From Thalia democratica (taxonomy: Eukaryota), in NCBI GenBank assembly GCA_965202585.1, contig OZ241829.1, positions 7,316,001-7,380,000 of the forward strand: 64,000 nucleotides of DNA, in the 5' to 3' direction. Shown here piece by piece: positions 36,601 to 50,400 of this stretch (its first letter is position 1; the number at the start of each line of letters is the position of its first letter). Below the pieces are notes generated by a model. That model made no database searches. It was not told the origin of the DNA and saw only the letters and a list, made by a program, of their open reading frames with translations. Made by a program: the position numbers and the translations under genes.

Positions 36601-39548
36601 TAAGTTGCTTTATTCAACTTAAAAATATAGAGCAATTAAATAATTTATAAAACATACCATACACATACAACTAAAGTGTAAGTGAAATTTATGCTAAACT
36701 AAGTTTAAACTGTATAAGACTACAAAGTGATGACGTAATAATAGTAAAAAGGTAAAAATGAAAAATATCACATAATTACTTGAAAAATCGTGGACAAAAA
36801 CAGTCTGATTTATTAGAGTCTAATTTAAAAAATGCCTAAACTGTTTTATACAAGTTAAGACGTAAATACTTACTTGTGTAAATGGAAAACTTTAGCGTAG
36901 ATTTTCCAAAATTTAAGTTGTTGTGGAGTGACAACGATACTAATTAAAACGAGAAGTTAATGTACTCACTTACTTTGTATAGTTTATCAAGTAACCAACA
37001 AAAGATGTTATCAGACCTGCTGATCAACAAAGTAATAATAAATATAATGAAAACAGTGGTCCAACTTGAAATAGACATATACCAAATGTTAAATGTAATA
37101 TAAATTAATTCAATGTACCTACTACAGAATGTTACTTAACATATAAGTTTTAGTAGATAATTATAAATGCCATAACAACTAAACAAATGATTAGCTTTGA
37201 TGTATTACAAACTTGCCATAACTAACTTTCAATTGACCTTTATACACAAACAAACATATTTAATACATACTAGGTATTTAATACTGTGTAACAATGTAAT
37301 TAGTTAAATGACGACAATAAAATGATCCTGATAAATAAAATTACAAAGTAAGTTGAAGTGTTTATTATAGAATAATACCAGGCTGTCTACTACAAATCTG
37401 TAGCGTTTGTAGTACGACACCAAAGATACATACTATAAAACATAAAACTTTACTTGTAATTTATATATGTTAATATTGAGTTTAAAAGAAAAATAACATA
37501 CCAAAAAATTGTGCGTAACTACTCGTACATCAAACAAAAAACTAATTAGGTGCCGACCAGCATAAGGACGCGGCCTAAAGGACGGCTTTCGTTATTTGTG
37601 CAAAAGTCCCGGGAGCAAGAGCTGCTCCGATAGGAGCAGCTCGCAGCGGAAGGGACTTATGCACAAATAACGAAAGCTGTCCGCTACCACTTTAACTCAA
37701 AACCGAACTACTTCTTAGAGCTCAGTACCACACTTTTATCTGGTTTGGCTGTCAGGCTTACTAACTGGGCTCCAAGCGTAATTAGGTTTTCAAGAAAAAA
37801 TGGTTGGGAGTAAAAGTGAAAAATTTTTCGCCGGCGGAGCCGGCGAAATGACTAAAAAATGATTTTTTAAATAATCTACCCAAAAATTTTCCAAAAAAGT
37901 TTTGATTTGGGGAAATCCCCATTTTGAAAAAAACTTGTGCGGCTTGGCTTAAAAATTAAGTGACTACCTTATAGCGTACTCCTTAAACATAACCCTAACT
38001 TACTACCATATAGTTGTTAACTAAAAAATGAATGTCTTTTTAGGTGGTTGTAGTAGGATTAATCTTAATTTGGAATATTATTAATTTTTCGAAGGTGTTA
38101 TCATTGTAATAATAAATACCTATAACCATAAAATTCGTGTGAGACATGTTAAATAGTCTTTTCTTTTTGGAATGTTTGTTGTGACACAGTCTAATAACAG
38201 TATCCAAAACTTATAACTTAAATTTGAGTACTGCTAACTTAAACATTTTGATTTGATGTTATGTTAACACAATATCAATCGAAAACTTTAATAAAATAAA
38301 TGCTTACTGTTCTTATTAGGCTGATTTACAACAAATATTCAAAAAAAAAAAGCCATTTTCACATGTCATTCTATAAAGCCACTGCAAATCATACTTGATC
38401 TAGTCAGATAAGAGTCTGGCTTTTGTCAGCTAGTAACAGTTGCTTATAATAACTCTATAAAACATTAAATGGTTATCAAAGATTTGCTAGCTTTTAAATA
38501 CACTTCATAAACACTACAAGTAACAAACAACCAGACTCTTATCTAATTTAGTTATATTAGCATTATCAATTATTACACTATGCTACATAATTCTAAAATA
38601 TTTATCAGGAAAAACAGTGGTTAATCATTTCTTGTTATGTTTTGAACAGTTCAGAGACATAGACATGCTTGTATATTTTTTCAAAGACTAACTATTACTA
38701 AATGTTCAAATACTCTTTGATAAGAATTTCTATGGTGACACTGTCTAATAGTATATCATAAGTTTTTGTTCTACATCATCAAACAGCATTTGTATAATGA
38801 AACCAACAAAATAATATTTGATTTAATGCTACACATAGTATCAAGCTGAAGATTAAACAAATACTTGTTTTATAATATCACTATTAAAATTCCAAACAAA
38901 GACTATTTTTGAGTACTATTAATACTCCAAAAATTAAGTTTAACACATCAGTACAACATAGCCTTTTTATAAAGATCATACATAGTCAGATAAAGGTCTG
39001 GTTTTTGTCAGCTAGTTACATTTAACTTATCATAACTCCATCAACTATAATAACCACTAAATGGTAATCAAAGTAATAATACACTTAAACTTTGAATTTT
39101 ACTGTTAACTATAAACACTAAAAGTGACTGAAACAAACCAGACTCTTATCTAAATTAGTAATATGAACATACAAAAACACTCAACATAAGTCAGTTGATC
39201 AAGCTGCCTTAATGTTGCTTGTGTTCCTACATGTTCACATGTAATAAAGTATATCACTTATACACAAACATTTTACACTATAGTTTTAATTGCTTAGTGG
39301 ATAAAAACATAATAATAAAACATTTACTTTAACCGTTAATAACAATGTGTCTCTAAAAGTGTGCAAAGATTTAAAATTAACTGCTTAATTTTAAAGCTTG
39401 TAGCATTCAGAGTTACAACAAACAAAAGAACAGCTTGATTTTTAGCTCTAAAATTGTAATTGAACATTTTACATTGTAATCTTATTACAGAGATTCATAA
39501 CACATAAGTTTTGACATATAGAAAAGCTAATGAAGTTTAATAGTAACA

Positions 39549-39648
39549 NNNNNNNNNNNNNNNNNNNNNNNNNNNNNNNNNNNNNNNNNNNNNNNNNNNN
39601 NNNNNNNNNNNNNNNNNNNNNNNNNNNNNNNNNNNNNNNNNNNNNNNN
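39549..39648. other. Assembly gap (100 N placeholder)
   Basis: Run of exactly 100 N. Confidence 0.99.
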
Positions 39649-40913
39649 TGGAAGTTTTGCCTCGAGACCTGCACCTATTCGATAGGAGGTTTCAAATACA
39701 GCAACTGTTAAAATGTTGTCTAATACAATGTGATGCATGATTGAATAAAAAAAAATCAATTAGAAAAATATGTTGTAGTGCGAAGTACATATAAACAAGT
39801 CGAACGAAAATTAAATATTATATTGATTGTTTGTATTGACAAACAGTTGTTAAAATTTTAATTTTATCATCAATTAATTTTCAGTTTTAAAGTGACAAAA
39901 TAAGTCTTTACCACTTTGTCTACAAAATGTCTAGAAATCAGCCCTATCGACTTTAAATGATTAGGCCTTTCTTGAAATTAACATTGAGAAAAACTACAAA
40001 AAAATTGAAATGAAATAACATTAAGTATATTTGTGAAGACTTTGAAGTATATTTGTGAAGACTTTAAACTTATTTATAAAGGGCTGCCAACCTCTACCTT
40101 AGATTTTTAAAAAACTTTTATGTAGCTATAAAATAATTTCAAGTATGAAACAATCGAAATTTACTTTATTTAATATAGCAATAAATTTTATTTTTAAGTA
40201 TTTTTAATAATTTAAGTAAACTTAGTAGGATTATATTTTTCTGGGCAGTTATATTACCTTTATTGTGTACAGTTTGGTTTGACAGGTGCTACAGCAGAAT
40301 GCGTGTTTTAAATACAAGTGTTTTGTATCTTACATGATTTACCGATTTGAGTAATTTGTACTCAAAGCAATAATATAAAACTTTTTTAAAAGTTAAACAA
40401 GTACAGTAGGTTTTCGCTTAAGTACGTATCTAGTACGTATCTAATTACAACTAATTTTGAACACTGACCTTAAAGTAAACTCTACCAATATGAAATTATA
40501 AATCTACAGCTTTTTATGTTTGCTTTTTTTGAACTAGAATATCTTAAATAAAAATTCTTTAGAGCAAGTCTTCTACTTTATTGGGTGTTGTGAATATAAA
40601 ACTAGTGCACTGCTAAGCTTTAAAACTTTTGTACGCTAGCTATTACATTATACATATAATTCATATTTTTGTTGAACAGTATTAATAAATTGTCTAATAT
40701 TGTTTCATTTCGTAAATTTAGATAAAACATTTAAGAATTGATGTTAATGAAAAATACGCAAGAAATAAACAATTTAACAGCGGTCATAAAGTTTTCGGAA
40801 AAAATTATTACGGCACAGAATCTGAAGTAATACGAGATTTTGTATTACTTCATTCAAATTATAAAACATTACTAAACTTAGTTCAAAATATTTATTATTA
40901 TATGATAATATAA
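39649..40913 (+). pseudogene. SPT5: SPT5-like relic, partial (5' part lost in gap)
   Basis: Begins inside the EVLPRDLHL exon; KOW4 frame at 40722-40913. Confidence 0.7.
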
Positions 40914-41915
40914 CATAATAAACTTATTATTTATTTTTTAGTGAATAATAAAACATGTTAGCAAAAGGTGTTTTATAAACTGATAAGCTTTAAAAGCTAT
41001 CAATACAATGAACCTTTTCATATTAAAAGCAAATGAAAAAATAAATGATAACTATTGAAAAGTATATTTTTTATCATGTTTCTGACTAATATGACATTAT
41101 ACTAATTCAATAATGCTGTGAATTCGGACTTATGATGACGTGTTTTGAACTAAACTCTTTTGAAAACCTTTATGTGAGTTGACGTTTGTTTATCAGGTTC
41201 ACTAATAGTATGTATGGGGTATGATGATGCAATTTCTTATAACTTAAGTTTTGACATTTATTCTCGTAATATAAACAAACTACTGAGTTAATTTTTTTAG
41301 TTTGTTATAGAGTTGTTTTTTATTAAAGATAGTTTATTGAGATAGATTAACAATATTATAATGCTATTAGCTGTTAAAAATTATTTATTTATAAAATAAG
41401 TTTAACTTTATTTTTAACATTCTGTTAAGTTAACAATATTTTTATAAAAAGTTTTTTTTAAATAGACAATTTATGTTTCAATCCATTTTGACAAGTATCA
41501 TAAAAAGGAAATAACTAGGATATTTTACTGTTTGTCAGTTCAGACCCTTCAATTAATTTTTGAATAACTTGAACTTTATTACAATATCAGCAAAAATTAT
41601 GACATTTTCAAAAGTCTTAATTAGTTACTACAAACCATCTGTTTTATTAGTTGAAAATTGAAATTTACCGTAAAATATTACAACTCACTTTATTGTTCTT
41701 ATTATTATTATATCAAGGTTTTATATATAAGTAAATGATAAAAATTTTAGGAAGTCAAAGTGCAAAATAAATAGTAGTGTTAAGATATTGAAAAAAAAAA
41801 AAGCAAATGAATTACTATTTTTATTGAGGTTATTTTTAAAGTAATTAAAAATCTAAACATTCTACTTTTTTAACAGCTTTAAAAATTTAGATCAGATAAA
41901 ATAACTAATAATTGT

Positions 41916-42645
41916 TTAGATAAGTTCTTCCAGTTTCACTCTTGTTACTGGATCTGGATTTAGCATGCGAACAATCAATTCAAACAAATCCTTTTCTCCA
42001 GCGTCGTTCTTATCAAAATAAGACTCTATCTTCTTAACTTCGCCTTTTATGTATACAAACTCTGGCTCTTTCAAAAAATCTATTTCATTTTCATCCTTTG
42101 ACAACTTTTGACCAACCTTCTTCTTTTTATCATCTTCGGTCAATTTCAAGTTTATCCTCTTGATTTCATGTTGAGTAAATGGACCAATCATCAAGTGGAT
42201 CATCCTGAAAAGTTCCTGAACAGTATCCACCTTGAAAAGTAATTTTCCTGTAAAAAGTTCGAACAAAGTGCAGCCGATCGACCAAACATCGCATGGATAC
42301 CCGATCTGTTGAAATAATACTAATGTTAAGTTTATAAATCCTAGTTTAATTACGAGGCAAAACATACAAGTACTTTGTTTATAAGATTACACTTCTTTTG
42401 AAGATAATGGCTTACTCTTTTAAAGATATTTATTTATAATAAGTTGCTTGTTTAAGTAAAGTAGTTTACTTACTGAGTAATCTACTTAAACAACCTTGTG
42501 GCCCATTATGACGTCAGGAGCGCGGTACTGAAGTGTTGTTATGACGTCAAAGTTGAATTCTTCCTCCCAGTACACAGAGCCAAGGTCGCACAATTTGATG
42601 TCAGGCTTCATGTAAAAATCATTTTTCCACTGGTGGTAGTAATAC
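41916..42645 (-). CDS. CMGC kinase C-lobe exons (42645-42495, 42305-41916), copy 4
   Basis: Same two exons, open; protein identical to copy 3 in the ORF track. Confidence 0.85.
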
Positions 42646-42768
42646 CTGTTTAACAAAAATGTAAATAAACTACATATTATTTAATCATTAACATTTGAAT
42701 ATTAATAAATATCTGTATAGTTTAAAATAGAATAACAAATATTTCTTTAGTAAGACGTATAATGGCAT

Positions 42769-43914
42769 TGAAATTTGAGTTAAATTACAAACGATATTAA
42801 TTAAAACTGCTTAAAGCACGTTTTTTAATAAAATTATACTGTTCATTTAGACCTCAAGTTAAACGAACTATGAGTTACCCCATAATCGAGTATCACAAAA
42901 TATACTTGAAATTTAAGTTAAATTACAAACGATATTAATTAAAACTGCTTAAAGCACGTTTTTTAATAAAATTATACTGTTCATTATAAATATAAAGTTT
43001 AAATTAGACCTTAAATTAAACGAACTATGAGTTACCCCATAATTGAGTATCACAAAATATACTTGAAATTTAAGTTAAATGACAAACGATATTAATTAAA
43101 ACTGCTTAAAGCACGTTTTTTAATAAAAATATATTATTCATTAAAAATATAAAGTTTCATTTAGACCTCAAGTTAAACGAACTATGAGTTACCCCATAAT
43201 TGAGTATCACAAAATATACTTGAAATTTAAGTTAAATGACAAACGATATTAATTAAAACTGCTTAAAGCACGTTTTTTAATAAAAATATATTATTCATTA
43301 AAAATATAAAGTTTCATTTAGACCTCAAGTTAAACGAACTATGAGTTACCCCATAACCGAGTATCACAAAATATACTTGAAATTTAAATTAAATTACAAA
43401 CGAGATTAAATCAAACTGCTTAAAGCACGTTTTTTAATAAAAATATACTATTCATTACAAATATAAAGTTTCATTTAGACCTCAAATTAAACGAACTATG
43501 AGTTACCCCATAATCGAGTATCACAAAATATACTTAAAATTTAAGTTAAATTACAAACGATATTAATTAAAACTGCTTAAAGCACGTTTTTTAATAAAAT
43601 TATACTGTTCATTATAAATATAAAGTTTCATTTAGACCTCAAGTTAAACGAACTATGAGTTACCCCATAATCGAGTATCACAAAATATACTTGAAATTTA
43701 AGTTAAATTACAAACGATATTAATTAAAACTGCTTAAAGCACGTTTTTTAATAAAATTATACTGTTCATTATAAATATAAAGTTTCATTTAGACCTCAAG
43801 TTAAACGAACTATGAGTTACCCCATAATCGAGTATCACAAAATATACTTGAAATTTAAGTTAAATTACAAACGAGATTAATTAAAACTGCTTAAAGCACG
43901 TTTTTTAATAAAAT
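42769..43914. repeat. 157-bp tandem array, 7 monomers + partial
   Basis: Same monomer order as copy 3. Confidence 0.97.
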
Positions 43915-44116
43915 ACAAATAGAGACCTTATAAGACCAACCAAGCACCTTCTACGACAAATATCGCTCCTACAAAGTACTTGGCTAGTACTGATTTAACT
44001 GCTTCTAGAAAAAATAGTACTTCCATCGTTTTTGGTCCTACACGTGGTTATGATCCACCTGGTTCGAGATTTCTCGGAAGTCACCTTCAAAAAGAACCCA
44101 CACCAGTAATTACAAC

Positions 44117-44475
44117 TTGCTTATGCTCGATTTCAATCGCGTAAACTCCACATTAAGCAGGGTCATAAGAAATCAGCAGTCAGATCACACGCTGTTGGAA
44201 GAACTTAACAGCAAATAGACCGTAACCTCAAAACGTATGAAAGTCGCTTTGATTCGCTTGATCAAAGTGCAGCTGATAATCAAAACCGTTTTGATAACAT
44301 TGTCAAGCGCTTTGACTATTTTGATAAACTTCATGATGATGCAAAAGGCGAAAGAAGGCAAAGGTGCGCAACCATTGCAAGTGTGTTACAAGTCGTTTTT
44401 CTAATTGCAATAATTGTGTTATTGTCTGTACAGTTGTACTACATTAATCAGCTCTTCTCAAGTTTCTCTGAATAA
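44117..44475 (+). pseudogene. Coiled-coil + TM ORF, copy 4, frameshifted
   Basis: Same 1-bp deletion at ~44208. Confidence 0.55.
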
Positions 44476-47400
44476 CTTTTATAAATTAATTTCAGACTTC
44501 AGACTTGTGATCACCTTCTTTTTCAGTGTCACTTTTATCAGATCTTTTTTTTTATACTCTTTTGATTTATTGTCAATTTTTACCGCCTTAGCTGTTAATT
44601 CAGTTATTCGTTTTTAATAAATATTTATAAAATTAACTTTGTTATATTATTTATTATAATTAGTTTAAAAGATAAATAGTATCAGCATTATATATACTAA
44701 CTATAAAACAAGAAAATAGTTCACAAAAAAAATAGAAATGAAGAAAAGTAACCTACCTTTTAGGAGCTGTAACATAGATGCTAATTAAAGTAAAAATTCT
44801 TAGTTATTGAAAATAGTTAAACTAAAAAAATAAGATTAAAAAAGTCAACGAAATTTTGTTAGTTAAAAAGTTTTGCAGTGCGGACTCGAACTCGGGTCTC
44901 TGGATTGGAAGGCACCGGTGGTGACCTCTCCGCCATGATTCCACTTGGATACTATTACATTTTCGAGTATACATAACAAAATTATTTTCATAATCGATGT
45001 TTTGGCAACTATCAATGAAACTCGAACCCAAAATATTTTATTGGAATAAGCACAATGGAGTTAATTTGAAGCTGTATCAAAAAGTAGTGTATAAATACAA
45101 CATTAAACAATTTTTGATGATTTTTATACCTTTCAAAGACAGTTCACTTGTTAACACACTATTGCACAGTCAGTTAGTTTTACTATTAATCTAATCGCAA
45201 CCCTTACCGTTGGTCAGTAATTTTTTTTCTTAACATATTCAAAGAAAGCTTTTTGGTATCATTGCTCATTTTCCGAAAAAAAAAACTGGAAAACTTACAA
45301 AAAGTCATAAAAATAACATAAAATCAAAAATTCCTCAACAAAACTTCATTTGAGTCGTTTCAAAATGTTCACAATCTGTTTGTGTGTAGCCACATTTAAA
45401 ATAAATCAGCTTAAAACTCCAAGGTCGCTTTTTTTTGATCCCATTTTGCATTGGCGTGGAAATTAGAAAATCGGTTTGAGGTAAGGTGAAAGTTTCTTCA
45501 AATCATTTAAGTCAACACAGAAAAATTAACACCAAAGCATAACTTTTTTAACAACTTTTCTAACCATATTTTAGTTCTTTGTGTTTGTTTTTAATGAAAT
45601 TAGAACTATTCTATTCAATTTATGTTTTTTGAACTAAGTTTATTCTATTCGTTGATATTTGTAAATACCTTCTGTTACGGAATTATTGTTTTGAAAACGG
45701 AATACTTTTGTACATAGTAAAGTTAAAGAATAATTTAAGATGCTGACTAATTAAACCTAAAATATTGATAAAATTTTATCAATAAAACTGGTTACCACCG
45801 GTCTCGATCTCGCGACCTTCTGCTCACGCATAAGGTCGGCGATCGCTGAACCACACAACCACTTGCTTGTTGACTTCAATGCTGGTATATAAAGTTTAAA
45901 AACTTTAGATTTATATAAGTTCATTTAGTACTTATTAGTTTACCTTTCTGTAAATTGCTATTATTTTTTATTTGAAACATATTTACAAAGATAAGACTGT
46001 TTTTTTTTACACATAACGTTTACGTGAATTTTAATACTTGAAAGTTTTCCATTCAAAAGCTGCATAAGCAGAGCAAGTGTACTTATTAAAGGCAGTTTAG
46101 ATTTTTGTTGCTTAAATCTAATTTAAAAGAACAAAACTGATTAAATGCTTTGATAATAAGAAAAATTCAGCAAAACTTTTTTTTGTACATTTAAAGTATT
46201 AAAACTTTATAAATTAAACAAACTTATCCAGCTTTAATTAGCTATTATGGCAAAACAGATGCAAATATAACCTAACAGTTTATATATTATCGAAAATCAG
46301 AACTAAAGCAAAGGAGATATATTTCAAAATTAAAATCAACATTATAACAGTATTTATATCACAAAGCAAAGTTTTAGAAACATCACAAGCATTTACGTTG
46401 TCGTTTTTATATTTTGTTGAACCAGCCAGTAATGAAAATTATATGGGTATGAATAAAATGTGGTAGAATATCTAAATTTTTAAATCATCAATGCCAGGAA
46501 TTCTAATTTACCTGCCTGGACTTTTATGTCAAATAAATTCACGTGGTTGCTTATAATAATGATAAATTTAAGATTATTGATTGTAATGTCTAATTAAGCA
46601 GAAGTATAATAAAGAATGTAAGGCTGAACTACATTAATCCCAGGCGTTTCTACAGTTAAAAGACCAAGTTTACCCTTCATTTTACATAGACGAAATGATT
46701 TGATTTTTTAAAATAATGAAAGGTGTTAAGGTTAACCGAGAAAAAAAAGATACTTTAAAAAACTTAAACTTAGTAGATGTACTTCAAAACATAGGTAAAA
46801 AGGATATTAATGTCTTTCAAACTAATTAACAGCAAATTTATGCTTAGATATAAGACATTAGAAAGCATTGTATATGATACACATAAAAAACCCTGTAGAC
46901 CAAAACCTTGGCTTAGATGGCACTAAATAATTGTTATTAAAATATAACTAAAAATAAAAACTTAAAATTATAATGGTACTTAGTCGGTGTAACGGTATTT
47001 GATTTATTTATCAAAAGTACAGAGCTGGTACCTACCATTGTTTATTTATTTTAACACATACGGTGGTAAATAAAGTTACATATAATGGTTAAATCTAATA
47101 GAGACCTTTAAACTCATAAAGGCTCTAAATGGAATTTTATTTGAACTGTAATTATTACTTAAAAGAAACAGTTTAATGTTTTAAATTTATAGCTAAATAC
47201 ATATGTTGTTTGTGATATAAAACTAGAAACGATCATGTAAATCATATAAAAATTAGATTCATTTATATACAGCAGTAAAATATTTAAGAGCTAATTGCCA
47301 TATATATTTGTATCTGTTAGTTTAATTAAGATGCACATTATCCAATACATGGACATATAGTTAGTGTTATTCATTACTATATAAGTTGCTTTATTCAACT

Positions 47401-50400
47401 TAAAAATATAGAGCAATTAAATAATTTATAAAACATACCATACACATACAACTAAAGTGTAAGTGAAATTTATGCTAAACTAAGTTTAAACTGTATAAGA
47501 CTACAAAGTGATGACGTAATAATAGTAAAAAGGTAAAAATGAAAAATATCACATAATTACTTGAAAAATCGTGGACAAAAACAGTCTGATTTATTAGAGT
47601 CTAATTTAAAAAATGCCTAAACTGTTTTATACAAGTTAAGACGTAAATACTTACTTGTGTAAATGGAAAACTTTAGCGTAGATTTTCCAAAATTTAAGTT
47701 GTTGTGGAGTGACAACGATACTAATTAAAACGAGAAGTTAATGTACTCACTTACTTTGTATAGTTTATCAAGTAACCAACAAAAGATGTTATCAGACCTG
47801 CTGATCAACAAAGTAATAATAAATATAATGAAAACAGTGGTCCAACTTGAAATAGACATATACCAAATGTTAAATGTAATATAAATTAATTCAATGTACC
47901 TACTACAGAATGTTACTTAACATATAAGTTTTAGTAGATAATTATAAATGCCATAACAACTAAACAAATGATTAGCTTTGATGTATTACAAACTTGCCAT
48001 AACTAACTTTCAATTGACCTTTATACACAAACAAACTAAGATGTAATTTATTTACTAGACACACTAGGTATTTAATACTGTGTAACAATGTAATTAGTTA
48101 AATGACGACAATAAAATGATCCTGATAAATAAAATTACAAAGTAAGTTGAAGTGTTTATTATAGAATAATACCAGGCTGTCTACTACAAATCTGTAGCGT
48201 TTGTAGTACGACACCAAAGATACATACTATAAAACATAAAACTTTACTTGTAATTTATATATGTTAATATTGAGTTTAAAAGAAAAATAACATACCAAAA
48301 AATTGTGCGTAACTACTCGTACATCAAACAAAAAACTAATTAGGTGCCGACCAGCATAAGGACGCGGCCTAAAGGACGGCTTTCGTTATTTGTGCAAAAG
48401 TCCCGGGAGCAAGAGCTGCTCCGATAGGAGCAGCTCGCAGCGGAAGGGACTTATGCACAAATAACGAAAGCTGTCCGCTACCACTTTAACTCAAAACCGA
48501 ACTACTTCTTAGAGCTCAGTACCACACTTTTATCTGGTTTGGCTGTCAGGCTTACTAACTGGGCTCCAAGCGTAATTAGGTTTTCAAGAAAAAATGGTTG
48601 GGAGTAAAAGTGAAAAATTTTTCGCCGGCGGAGCCGGCGAAATGACTAAAAAATGATTTTTTAAATAATCTACCCAAAAATTTTCCAAAAAAGTTTTGAT
48701 TTGGGGAAATCCCCATTTTGAAAAAAACTTGTGCGGCTTGGCTTAAAAATTAAGTGACTACCTTATAGCGTACTCCTTAAACATAACCCTAACTTACTAC
48801 CATATAGTTGTTAACTAAAAAATGAATGTCTTTTTAGGTGGTTGTAGTAGGATTAATCTTAATTTGGAATATTATTAATTTTTCGAAGGTGTTATCATTG
48901 TAATAATAAATACCTATAACCATAAAATTCGTGTGAGACATGTTAAATAGTCTTTTCTTTTTGGAATGTTTGTTGTGACACAGTCTAATAACAGTATCCA
49001 AAACTTATAACTTAAATTTGAGTACTGCTAACTTAAACATTTTGATTTGATGTTATGTTAACACAATATCAATCGAAAACTTTAATAAAATAAATGCTTA
49101 CTGTTCTTATTAGGCTGATTTACAACAAATATTCAAAAAAAAAAAGCCATTTTCACATGTCATTCTATAAAGCCACTGCAAATCATACTTGATCTAGTCA
49201 GATAAGAGTCTGGCTTTTGTCAGCTAGTAACAGTTGCTTATAATAACTCTATAAAACATTAAATGGTTATCAAAGATTTGCTAGCTTTTAAATACACTTC
49301 ATAAACACTACAAGTAACAAACAACCAGACTCTTATCTAATTTAGTTATATTAGCATTATCAATTATTACACTATGCTACATAATTCTAAAATATTTATC
49401 AGGAAAAACAGTGGTTAATCATTTCTTGTTATGTTTTGAACAGTTCAGAGACATAGACATGCTTGTATATTTTTTCAAAGACTAACTATTACTAAATGTT
49501 CAAATACTCTTTGATAAGAATTTCTATGGTGACACTGTCTAATAGTATATCATAAGTTTTTGTTCTACATCATCAAACAGCATTTGTATAATGAAACCAA
49601 CAAAATAATATTTGATTTAATGCTACACATAGTATCAAGCTGAAGATTAAACAAATACTTGTTTTATAATATCACTATTAAAATTCCAAACAAAGACTAT
49701 TTTTGAGTACTATTAATACTCCAAAAATTAAGTTTAACACATCAGTACAACATAGCCTTTTTATAAAGATCATACATAGTCAGATAAAGGTCTGGTTTTT
49801 GTCAGCTAGTTACATTTAACTTATCATAACTCCATCAACTATAATAACCACTAAATGGTAATCAAAGTAATAATACACTTAAACTTTGAATTTTACTGTT
49901 AACTATAAACACTAAAAGTGACTGAAACAAACCAGACTCTTATCTAAATTAGTAATATGAACATACAAAAACACTCAACATAAGTCAGTTGATCAAGCTG
50001 CCTTAATGTTGCTTGTGTTCCTACATGTTCACATGTAATAAAGTATATCACTTATACACAAACATTTTACACTATAGTTTTAATTGCTTAGTGGATAAAA
50101 ACATAATAATAAAACATTTACTTTAACCGTTAATAACAATGTGTCTCTAAAAGTGTGCAAAGATTTAAAATTAACTGCTTAATTTTAAAGCTTGTAGCAT
50201 TCAGAGTTACAACAAACAAAAGAACAGCTTGATTTTTAGCTCTAAAATTGTAATTGAACATTTTACATTGTAATCTTATTACAGAGATTCATAACACATA
50301 AGTTTTGACATATAGAAAAGCTAATGAAGTTTAATAGTAACAGCTTTTAGTTAATTTTGCACACTTTAGAAACTCTATAGGATATTTTATAATCTAAAAT

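Larger units (their letters stand above)
30033..40813. repeat. Large tandem repeat unit 3 (interrupted by assembly gap)
   Basis: Collinear with unit 4 up to 39548, then 100 N, then resumes ~4.1 kb further along the unit. Confidence 0.95.

Noticed and set aside
39469-39759. 96-aa ORF
   Set aside because: An artefact of reading through the N gap.
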